This document shows, piece by piece, positions 56,577 through 64,000 of a DNA stretch of 64,000 nucleotides (positions within the stretch are counted from its first letter, which is position 1; each line of letters opens with the position of its first letter). Source of the DNA: a virus. Its lineage: Duplodnaviria; Caudoviricetes. The translations under genes and the position numbers were made by a program. The notes under the pieces were generated by a model that ran no database searches, was not told the origin of the DNA, and saw nothing but the letters and a program-made list of their open reading frames with translations. Location of the stretch: positions 70,293 to 134,292 of IMG/VR virus record IMGVR_UViG_3300029288_006559; one strand, given 5' to 3'.

Positions 56577-57123
56577 ATGTAATCGGTGCGGAATATGCTG
56601 CCTATCCGGCTCGTGCCCAGAAGGAATAGAAGATGCAAGAACGGGCGTTTGCAAGTTTCTAATTGTACATGCTAACAAAAAGACTTCTTGTCAGTTAGTT
56701 CTTGAGAGAAAAAATGTAGCTATAACTATTGGGCAAGGATGTGTTTTAAAGCAACACCCAATAATTTATAGTTATTATTATGAAAATTATAACAAACTTA
56801 AAGAGCAGCTTCTTTCTGGAATGTTAACTTTTATTGAAAGATACTACGAGCAAAGCTTTGATTGGTTAACCTGGCGTAACGGTAGTTTGCTTACAGTTTT
56901 GGGCATAAAGCATAGATTTGAGTCTATTATGTGGAATAAAGAGCAAATAAGAAAGTATGCTATTGGTTATTGCGAAGCAGATAATATTCCTTGTCGCCCA
57001 AAGGTTGGCTATGTAGCTGTAATGTTTGATACGAACGAACGAAATTGTAACTATTGGTGGACACATCTTACTAAGAAAGAATTTCTTACATGTTTTCCAG
57101 AAGTAAAAGATCTCAAAATCTAA
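56551..57123 (+). CDS. CxxCxxCC (YkgJ-like) Cys-cluster protein with C-terminal fused domain
   Basis: ECNRCGICCLSGSC...CKFL...C. Confidence 0.55.
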   Translation: MQNTTKKIECNRCGICCLSGSCPEGIEDARTGVCKFLIVHANKKTSCQLVLERKNVAITIGQGCVLKQHPIIYSYYYENYNKLKEQLLSGMLTFIERYYEQSFDWLTWRNGSLLTVLGIKHRFESIMWNKEQIRKYAIGYCEADNIPCRPKVGYVAVMFDTNERNCNYWWTHLTKKEFLTCFPEVKDLKI

Positions 57124-57509
57124 GATGGTTAGCCTATTACGATGCAAAGACCGGAGTAAGAAATTACAACTGGTTATTTGCTAATATTAAAAAAGTAAAG
57201 TATGGCTATGTTTATTTTTTTGATATAAACAACCTACGTGAAATTAATAGGCAAGGACACAGTGTGGGGGATACCTATATCTGCTCGATTGTACAAAAAG
57301 TTAAACCGTGTGTTGATGGTGAAATTATTCGTTACGGAGGGGATGAATTTATTGTTTTGTCAAACAAACAAAATCTTCTTAAGACAAATAGTTTCTTTAC
57401 TGTTGGTAAGGCTAAAGTAGTTGAAGGTAATATAATGAATGCAATAAGAAAAGCTGATAGAGCAATGCTTATAAAAAAAGAAAAGCTATGCAACTCTCGT
57501 TTGGATTAA
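57090..57509 (+). CDS. Stand-alone GGDEF (diguanylate cyclase) domain protein
   Basis: LAYYDAKTGVRN, FDINNLREIN..GHSVGD, RYGGDEF, ADRAM. Confidence 0.85.
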   Translation: MFSRSKRSQNLRWLAYYDAKTGVRNYNWLFANIKKVKYGYVYFFDINNLREINRQGHSVGDTYICSIVQKVKPCVDGEIIRYGGDEFIVLSNKQNLLKTNSFFTVGKAKVVEGNIMNAIRKADRAMLIKKEKLCNSRLD

Positions 57510-58588
57510 ATACTTTATCTGAAGATTTCTCTTTAAAGAAATCTGCGCAGTATGGTGAGACCTTAGTCCTGGTAACTCCAAATAATATTGCTTGTAAATG
57601 GACAGAGGACAATCTTATATTTCGTTCCTCTATATGGACTGAAGATGGTTTTCTTGTTAGTCCTTCTTTTCCAAAGTTTTTTAATTGGGGAGAAAAGGAC
57701 AATCTTATTCCTCCACCAGAGAGTTTAATCGGAACTACGGCTGTAGAAAAAATTGATGGAAGTGCTTTGATTGTATCTTATTTTCACGGTAAGACCATTA
57801 TTAGAACTCGAGGAACATTTACAGTTAAGGTGTTTGAAAACTCTGTTGAAATAGATTGGTTAAGAGAAAAATATCCAAAAGCTTTTGATTATAATTTAGG
57901 AGGAGATTCTGTTTACGATGATAATTTTACGTATATTTACGAATGGTATAGTCCTAAGAATAAGATTGTTCTTGATTTAGGGGATGTTCCGAGATTATTT
58001 CTGATAGGGGGAATTTTTCATGATGATTATAGTCTGGCTTCCCAAAGCTTTCTTGACGCAGCTGCTAAAGAACTTGGCGTGGAGAGACCTCCAACATATG
58101 TTTTTGATAGTGTTGAAGATCTGTTGAGTAAAGTAAAAGCTTTTGATGGTAAGGAGGGTATCTGCCTTTACTATAATAGGGGGCAACACATTAAGAAAAT
58201 AAAGGGAAGTAAATATTTAGCTATTCACGCATTTAAGCATGATTTAAGTATAAACAATCTTTTAGAGGCTTATGTTTTATGTGGGAGACCGGATTATAAT
58301 ACTTTCTATGCATACATTTCTGATACATATGATTATGAATGTGCAGAAATTGCTAGGGGGAGTATATCTAAATTAGTAGATGCTAATAAAGAAGTAAACA
58401 AAATACTAGATCATATGCAAAAATTTGCTGATGGAGTTCGTCCTTTACCCCGCAAAGAAGCAGCTATAAAAATACTCGGGGCCTACGGTAAGACTTCTCG
58501 CTCTGGTTATGTGTTTACTTTATTAGATAATAAGTCTTTAGATGATGATGCTTACAAAAAATTACTACATCAGGTGATACCAAAATGA
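57488..58588 (+). CDS. ATP-dependent RNA ligase, T4 Rnl1-like
   Basis: FPKFFNWGE, EKIDGS (adenylated Lys), EGI, KIK. Confidence 0.85.
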   Translation: MQLSFGLNTLSEDFSLKKSAQYGETLVLVTPNNIACKWTEDNLIFRSSIWTEDGFLVSPSFPKFFNWGEKDNLIPPPESLIGTTAVEKIDGSALIVSYFHGKTIIRTRGTFTVKVFENSVEIDWLREKYPKAFDYNLGGDSVYDDNFTYIYEWYSPKNKIVLDLGDVPRLFLIGGIFHDDYSLASQSFLDAAAKELGVERPPTYVFDSVEDLLSKVKAFDGKEGICLYYNRGQHIKKIKGSKYLAIHAFKHDLSINNLLEAYVLCGRPDYNTFYAYISDTYDYECAEIARGSISKLVDANKEVNKILDHMQKFADGVRPLPRKEAAIKILGAYGKTSRSGYVFTLLDNKSLDDDAYKKLLHQVIPK

Positions 58589-59172
58589 CAGTCTATACGT
58601 TAGAAGAATCAAAAAATGTGTTTCTTACAGCGGATTTCCACTTCGGACACAATAATATAATTAAATATTGTAATCGTCCCTTTAAAACTACTGAAGAAAT
58701 GAATGAGACTCTTTTAAATAATTACAAAAAGGTAATTACAGACACAAGCCTTGTTTATTTTCTTGGTGATATGTCTTTTGGAAGACAAGTAAGAAAAGAA
58801 CAAACTCCTAAATGGTGGTGTGAGCAATTAACAGGAACTATTGTGTCTTATATAAAAGGCTCCCACGATCATGGTATAAGACCGTCAATGGCAAGTTTTC
58901 CAAAAAATGTGCAGAAAGTTGTTTTAGAGGATGATATCGAGGTGTTGGGGATTAAATTTCATCTTCAGCATGAACCGTATTTTCATAATGGGGAGAGAAG
59001 TTTTGATTGGCTTATTCACGGGCATGTTCATGAAGCAAAACCTATGTGGACCTCTTCCTCTCGTAATATTAATGTTTCTGTTGAGGCAACTAACTATGCT
59101 CCGGTGCTTTTATACGACATAGTAAATACTATTTTAGAAAGAGATAAACTTTTAAAGGAGATTTTTGGATGA
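58585..59172 (+). CDS. Calcineurin-like phosphoesterase
   Basis: DFHFGH.NII...RPF, LGD, GSHD, HGHVH, NVSVE. Confidence 0.88.
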   Translation: MTVYTLEESKNVFLTADFHFGHNNIIKYCNRPFKTTEEMNETLLNNYKKVITDTSLVYFLGDMSFGRQVRKEQTPKWWCEQLTGTIVSYIKGSHDHGIRPSMASFPKNVQKVVLEDDIEVLGIKFHLQHEPYFHNGERSFDWLIHGHVHEAKPMWTSSSRNINVSVEATNYAPVLLYDIVNTILERDKLLKEIFG

Positions 59173-59498
59173 AAGGGCCTCTTCAAATATGCTATCATGC
59201 AACCAATATTACGAATGCTGCGAGTATTCTAGAGAAAGGATTTAATCCAAACACGTGCTTTGCTATAGGTTTAGAAGATGCTGTTGGCTACGGTAGGGGA
59301 AATCATGTTTTTGAAGTTGTCTTTACACAAAAAGGGCTTGAAAAGGTGGATTGGCAATTTTGGACAAGCAAGCGTGTTCTTCCATCTCGCATTGTTGGAC
59401 ACTATACATTCAAGCGAAAGGTATTCTTTAACAACGAACGTTTGCGTGAAAGGATAAGAAAAAGTAATGAAAAAGCTATCTCATCAACAAAGAGCTGA
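59169..59498 (+). CDS. Small ADP-ribosyltransferase/Tpt1-like fold protein
   Basis: YHATNITNAASILEKGF...FA...A.GYG...VFEV. Confidence 0.5.
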   Translation: MKGPLQICYHATNITNAASILEKGFNPNTCFAIGLEDAVGYGRGNHVFEVVFTQKGLEKVDWQFWTSKRVLPSRIVGHYTFKRKVFFNNERLRERIRKSNEKAISSTKS

Positions 59499-60279
59499 AT
59501 TATATACAAAAGCTTTTCCAGACTTTCCTCCTCTACTAAGAAGTAGTACTACAGTTTTTATTTATACGCTTGAAGATCCTCGGACAAAGACTATAAGATA
59601 CGTCGGAAAAACCGTAGATTTAACTAAAAGATATATACAGCATATACATTCTGCGTTCCGTTATGATAGTTACTGTTATCGGTGGATAAAAGCATTATTA
59701 TTACAGAAGCAATTCCCTATTATGAAAGTTGTTGAGATTGTAAAAATAGAAGATTGGCAAGAAAGAGAAAGATTTTGGATTGCAAATTATCCTAACTTAA
59801 CAAATATCACGGAGGGGGGAACAGGTGGGGATACTCTAACGAAGAATTCTAATCGGGATATTATTAGAGCAAAATTACGTATTATACGTAAGGGAAAGCG
59901 TAATCCTATGTACGGAAAGAAACGTCCAGATCTTTCAGCGAGAAACCGGGCTTTAAAGGGCACCAAGCGTCCTGAGGTTGGGTTACATAATATTGGAAGA
60001 AAAAACCCTTATTTGTCTGCGCTTAATAAATCACGAAAAGGATTGCATTTGCCCCTTAAGACAAGAAGAAAGATATCAAAAGCGCTAAAAGGAAGACTGA
60101 AGCCTTATATGACGTTAAGGAATAAGCAAATGTCTGGTGTTAATCACCCTTTTTATGGTAAGAAAAGACCTGAACATTCAATTGCAATGACAGGTAGGCA
60201 CCATACAATAGTAACTAGAGAAAAAATGAAACAATCTGCTCTATTATTGTGGCAGCAAAGAAAGAAAAAATTATGCTAG
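59467..60279 (+). mobile_element. GIY-YIG homing endonuclease with NUMOD3-like repeats
   Basis: FIYTLEDPR...RYVGKT, ERFWI, LTN...GG.GG, NPMYGKK / HPFYGKK. Confidence 0.88.
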
Positions 60280-60854
60280 ATTATCTCGTAAAAGAACGGG
60301 CAAATTTTTATAATGAGCAATTTAAAAAATATTCTGCATCTATGTTAAAATATGATGAGAGATGGGTCTCGGGAGTGTGGGTATTAGGTAATGACTATAG
60401 AAATAGTACTACTTATTATGGAGCTTATCCCCCGCAATATTTGAAGAGAATCCAAACTTTATTTCCAGATGCAAAAAAGATTCTACATCTTTGTTCTGGT
60501 TCTTTGCCGAAAGGAAATTATACTAGATTTGATATTAGAGAAGAACTTAAACCAGATGTTGTCGGAGACGTGCATAAATTATCTTCTTATTTTCCTAAGA
60601 AGAAATTCGATCTTATTTACGCTGATATTCCATATAGTACAGAGGATGCTCTACGCTACGGTACTCCAATGGTAAAAAGAAAGACTACATTACTGGAATG
60701 TGCTAAGGTTTTAGAAAAAGGCGGCAACCTTGTTTGGTTAGATCAAGCTTTACCTCAATTTGCAAAGAGAGACTATCACTGGTGGGGGTTGATAGCTATT
60801 CAAAGAAGCTCAAATCACCGAATTCGAGGATGTTATTTATTTGAGAAAGTGTAA
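60273..60854 (+). CDS. SAM-dependent methyltransferase (amino-MTase-like, DIPY motif)
   Basis: YGAYP, LHLCSG, FDLIYADIPY, KVLEKGG. Confidence 0.7.
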   Translation: MLDYLVKERANFYNEQFKKYSASMLKYDERWVSGVWVLGNDYRNSTTYYGAYPPQYLKRIQTLFPDAKKILHLCSGSLPKGNYTRFDIREELKPDVVGDVHKLSSYFPKKKFDLIYADIPYSTEDALRYGTPMVKRKTTLLECAKVLEKGGNLVWLDQALPQFAKRDYHWWGLIAIQRSSNHRIRGCYLFEKV

Positions 60855-61111
60855 TGCAACCCCCGAGAAAAATAGAGAGAGAAAAAATTGTTACTGTTAA
60901 AAGCTTTCAAAAAAAGAAGCGGCCATTTGTTATTGAGTATAGGGCTAATCCAGAGGAAGTAAATAAAGGACACTTATTTGCTTGGTGTAAGGAATGGAGA
61001 AGATATAGTAGGTATGCAACAGAGAGGGATCGCAAGAAAGCGTTGGAAAGGTTGCAGAAAAGTAATCGTAGTGGGTGGGAGTATAGGGAGAAAATGCCTC
61101 GTGAAACTTAA
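60854..61111 (+). CDS. Basic hypothetical protein
   Basis: Coupled ORF. Confidence 0.55.
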   Translation: MQPPRKIEREKIVTVKSFQKKKRPFVIEYRANPEEVNKGHLFAWCKEWRRYSRYATERDRKKALERLQKSNRSGWEYREKMPRET

Positions 61112-61142
61112 GACATTGCTTTATATATTTTGTTATATGAAA

Positions 61143-61151
61143 TGTTCTTTG
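61143..61151 (+). promoter_or_regulatory. BoxA-like antitermination element
   Basis: TGTTCTTTG directly before the tRNA-like RNA; repeated at 61442. Confidence 0.5.
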
Positions 61152-61153
61152 TA

Positions 61154-61436
61154 ATCTCTATGGCGGAACTGGAAGACGCTAGGTTCTATTTGTAGGTGAT
61201 GAGCAGCAGATGCTCCTGTAGACTGGCTTTTAGATCAAGGTAGGCGAAGTGCGGGAGGTAAATATCTGAATAAGGCTATAAAGAATCGTATGAGAAGTTC
61301 TGAAGAGTTCGAAGCGGCCGAAAACTGAACTGAAATTTAAAGAGAAGAATTACTACTCTCAGATGAAAGGATATTAAACCAACCTGATCTTCGAGTAATT
61401 AAAAAGTAAGTGCAGGTCCGAAGCCTGCTAGAGATT
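61154..61436 (+). ncRNA. 283-nt tRNA-framed structured RNA (Leu-type D arm, T arm and acceptor stem around a ~200-nt insert)
   Basis: ATCTCTA/TAGAGAT acceptor; TGGCGGAACTGGAAGACGC; GCAGG-TCCGAAG-CCTGC. Confidence 0.65.
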
Positions 61437-61441
61437 ATATT

Positions 61442-61451
61442 TGTTCTTTGA
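61442..61451 (+). promoter_or_regulatory. BoxA-like element
   Basis: TGTTCTTTGA directly before the tmRNA. Confidence 0.5.
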
Positions 61452-61456
61452 TAAAT

Positions 61457-61838
61457 GGGCGTGATTTGGATTCGACGGTGTTGGAAAGATTAAGAAGGCA
61501 AGTCGGGGCGATATAACCCGTAAAACTGTCAAAACCAAAAATGCTGAAAAATCCAGCAGCTTTGTTGACGAGAACGGTTTTTTAGTTCTTGCTGGCGAAG
61601 AACTTGTTGAAGCTTAGGCCAAAACAGGCAGCGTTCCTGATGATGTAATGCTGATAACAAATAGTCAGGTGGTGGAGGTTGCGGAAATCAGTTTACCAAT
61701 TCTGATAGTTGTAAAAGATTGGATATGTCGCCCAAATTTGTTCATAGTATAGCGGCGAATGAAGTTGTAAATGAACTAAACTTGTAGGCTTCTTTTTTGA
61801 TCAAATATCGGACCGCAGTTCGATTCTGCGCACGTCCA
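61457..61838 (+). ncRNA. ssrA: tmRNA
   Basis: GGGCGTG/CACGTCC acceptor with G3:U70, GGATTCGAC, T arm CGCAG-TTCGATT-CTGCG, tag ORF 61543-61617. Confidence 0.92.
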
Positions 61839-61870
61839 CAAAATAACATTCAACATAAAGGAAAAATATT

Positions 61871-62041
61871 ATGACACACACTTGCCCACTCTGTAATAAA
61901 TGGGTACCCAAAATGCATATCAAAAATCATATTGCAAAGCATAAGGGTTATATTACAAGGTATCCTTATGCCTTGCAGTTAGCTTTTACAAAATGGCTAG
62001 TTAAACTGAGCAAGCTCGAAAATCAACCTATTGTTTTTTAG
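61871..62041 (+). CDS. Small C2H2 zinc-finger protein (56 aa, not in the ORF track)
   Basis: CPLC...NHIAKH; AAGGA RBS. Confidence 0.55.
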   Translation: MTHTCPLCNKWVPKMHIKNHIAKHKGYITRYPYALQLAFTKWLVKLSKLENQPIVF

Positions 62042-62055
62042 ATTTTACGCTATTT

Positions 62056-62129
62056 AGACTCTTAGCTCAACTGGCTAGAGCAACAGCCCTTGGAGCTGTA
62101 AGTTACAGGTTCGAATCCTGTAGAGTCTG
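62056..62129 (+). tRNA. tRNA-Gln (TTG)
   Basis: Full cloverleaf: AGACTCT/AGAGTCT, GCTC/GAGC, ACAGC-CCTTGGA-GCTGT, ACAGG-TTCGAAT-CCTGT, G discriminator. Confidence 0.85.
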
Positions 62130-62139
62130 CCTCTGAATT

Positions 62140-63195
62140 ATGCTAACATCAAAAGACGTTACTGCTGTTATTAGTACAAAAGGTAGATACGATACTACCC
62201 TTCCTCTTTGTTTAACTTCTCTAGCTTTGCAAACCACTCCTCCGGGTAAGCTTATCATATTTGATGATAATGAACAGCCTTTGAATCTCTTACAAGAAAC
62301 TTCTTATCAAGAAATTTGCCAACTTCTTCGGATTGCAATTCCAAACTGGGAGGTAATTTACGGAGCAAAGAAAGGGCAAGTTTGGAATCATCAAAAAGCT
62401 TTAGAGATTGCTCCTACTGATTATATATGGCGATTAGATGATGATAATGTAGCGGGTGCAACAGTCTTACAACTTTTTATAGATACTTGGAACAATTACG
62501 ATAAGATAGGGGCTATTGGAGGACTGGTTTTGGATCCTAAATCTATTCTTTCTTTAACAAAGCTAGCTTCTAGTAAAATTGACGACATTTATTTAGGAAT
62601 AAATACACAATGGTTTATACCTTTCGATGCCCGTGTCTATCCAGTAGATCATTTATATAGTACTTTTCTTTTTAATAGAAAAGCTGCCTCTAATTACTGT
62701 ACAAATCTTTCTCCTGCCGGACATAGGGAAGAAACTATGTTTACTCATAACATTTTGCGTAATGGCTATCCATTGCTTGTTCAGCCAAAAGCTGTTACTT
62801 GGCACTTACGTCAAGCTCGGGGGGGAATACGTTCCTTTTCTCAACGAGAATTTTGGCAACACGATGAAGAAATTTTTAAAGATTACCTACGTAAGCTAGG
62901 TGTACAAACTAGAGAGCTAAAGTTGATAGTGTTAGATTGCGGGCTTGGGGATCATATTGTTTTTAGAGAAATTTTACCTGAGATAAAAGCAGCTTTTCCT
63001 ACACATAGACTTGTTATTGCAGCATGTTACCCAGAAGTATTTGTAGATGACAATGTTGAATTAATTAGTATTGCTGAAGCAAAATGGTTTCTTGGGAAAA
63101 AGATAGAAGATTACAGTATTTATAAGTTTGGTTATGCTCGAAATTGGAGCCTTCCTTTAGTAGAAGCTTTTAGAAAGTTATACCTTCCGTCGTAG
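62140..63195 (+). CDS. GT2 glycosyltransferase with a C-terminal GT9-like N-domain
   Basis: IFDD, WRLDDD, HREET; C-terminal CGLGDHIV. Confidence 0.8.
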   Translation: MLTSKDVTAVISTKGRYDTTLPLCLTSLALQTTPPGKLIIFDDNEQPLNLLQETSYQEICQLLRIAIPNWEVIYGAKKGQVWNHQKALEIAPTDYIWRLDDDNVAGATVLQLFIDTWNNYDKIGAIGGLVLDPKSILSLTKLASSKIDDIYLGINTQWFIPFDARVYPVDHLYSTFLFNRKAASNYCTNLSPAGHREETMFTHNILRNGYPLLVQPKAVTWHLRQARGGIRSFSQREFWQHDEEIFKDYLRKLGVQTRELKLIVLDCGLGDHIVFREILPEIKAAFPTHRLVIAACYPEVFVDDNVELISIAEAKWFLGKKIEDYSIYKFGYARNWSLPLVEAFRKLYLPS

Positions 63196-63259
63196 TTTTT
63201 TAGACTTTATCTAATATTTGCGCTATATATTGAATAGTAACGTTCTCTTACTGTTCAGT

Positions 63260-63751
63260 ATGGTACAAATGTACTCTCTTATTATTAGTCCATATAGTAA
63301 ACCTCTTAAAAACGGGCGAAAAAATGCAAAAAATTATCCCTTTTGGCCCGAGTTGGTTGCGCAATTGCAGCAAAACAACTGTAAAATTACGCAAGTAGGA
63401 GTTGCTGGGGAAGATGTAATTACCGGGGTAACTTCTACTGTTTTTAATTCCCCTTTGAAAGATCTTATTCCTATTATTCACTCTGCTGATACTTGGATAT
63501 CTGTTGATAATTTTTTTCCGCATTTTTGTGCTCTTGTTGCTCGTAAACCTGGAATTGTGTTGTGGGGAAAATCAGACCCTCGTATTTTTGGCCATATTCT
63601 TAATATAAATTTATTAAAAGGCCGCCACTATTTAAAGCCCGAACAATTTCGTTGGTGGGACGATGAACCTTTTAACCCGGAAGTTTTTGTTGCTCCGGAA
63701 ATTGTCGTAACTACTTTACAAGAAAGTTTTTCTTATGCCAATTCAAAGTAG
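63260..63751 (+). CDS. GT9 (heptosyltransferase-like) C-terminal domain protein
   Basis: AKNYPFWPELV, ISVDNFFPH, PGIVLWG. Confidence 0.7.
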   Translation: MVQMYSLIISPYSKPLKNGRKNAKNYPFWPELVAQLQQNNCKITQVGVAGEDVITGVTSTVFNSPLKDLIPIIHSADTWISVDNFFPHFCALVARKPGIVLWGKSDPRIFGHILNINLLKGRHYLKPEQFRWWDDEPFNPEVFVAPEIVVTTLQESFSYANSK

Positions 63752-64000
63752 TAATTTTGATCAATATCCTCCAAGAACATTAGGTGAGTCTGGATATTCT
63801 GGAGATAGTGGTATCTCAGGTTATTCTGGATATTCGGGCTCTATAGGCTTATCCGGTTACTCTGGTTATTCAGGGTATTCGGGGACTACGGGGCCAAGCG
63901 GAAGCATCGGTATATCTGGAACATCCGGTTATTCGGGGTATTCCGGTTATAATGCTGGAAGTGGTAGTATGGGGCTCTCTGGCTATTCAGGTATAAGCGG
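63735..64000 (+). CDS. Ser-Gly-X collagen-like repeat protein, putative fibre (3' truncated; not in the ORF track)
   Basis: MPIQSSNFDQYPPRTLGESGYSGDSGISGYSGYSGSIGLSGYSGYSG... Confidence 0.75.
   Translation, partial: MPIQSSNFDQYPPRTLGESGYSGDSGISGYSGYSGSIGLSGYSGYSGYSGTTGPSGSIGISGTSGYSGYSGYNAGSGSMGLSGYSGIS

Noticed and set aside
61179-61188. CTAGG-TT-CTA read as an amber-suppressor anticodon, implying stop-codon recoding
   Set aside because: No closing anticodon stem at the right spacing; TAG and TGA act as normal stops (recA, rtcB, thyX) and long genes are intact under code 11
61188-61380. Group I intron within a tRNA-Leu
   Set aside because: No convincing P7 pairing or terminal G, and removing the insert does not give a clean anticodon loop; needs an Infernal search to exclude formally
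827-63523. All minus-strand ORFs and short out-of-frame plus-strand ORFs in the supplied track
   Set aside because: They lie antisense to or inside well-supported plus-strand genes and show no recognisable motifs
63780-64000. TCnGGnTAT repeats as a non-coding array
   Set aside because: They are in-frame Ser-Gly-Tyr codons with synonymous variation

Overview
AT-rich, densely coding, essentially all plus-strand segment of a large (jumbo-type) tailed dsDNA bacteriophage using the standard genetic code; host not identifiable from this window. Layout: (1) 1-11.1 kb recombination and nucleotide metabolism (RecA C-terminus, SSB-like DUF669, HNH, dUTPase, ThyX, SbcD with a split SbcC/Rad50, QueD, DUF1599). 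(2) 11.1-46 kb head assembly and packaging: TerS, TerL with two inteins, portal with one intein, prohead protease with one intein, a lytic transglycosylase, and several modular proteins whose unrelated domains are punctuated by recurring peptide motifs, [SA]SLK[LV][SA]WEE and KK[SN]WRKxL. (3) 46-61 kb accessory genes (glycosyltransferase-methyltransferase, RtcB, Rnl1-type ligase, stand-alone GGDEF protein, radical SAM, GIY-YIG, methyltransferase). (4) 61.1-62.1 kb ncRNA cluster: a 283-nt tRNA-framed RNA, a tmRNA with an unusual tag, and tRNA-Gln. (5) 62.1-64 kb glycosyltransferases followed by a Ser-Gly-X repeat protein. The best candidate for an undescribed system is the motif-delimited cargo polyproteins, possibly capsid-targeted and protease-processed effectors including a 2H phosphoesterase and an Imm5-like domain, with an exact 31-nt DNA repeat at two junctions. 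The tRNA-framed large RNA is second. All protein family calls come from recognising motifs by eye; no database searches were run.
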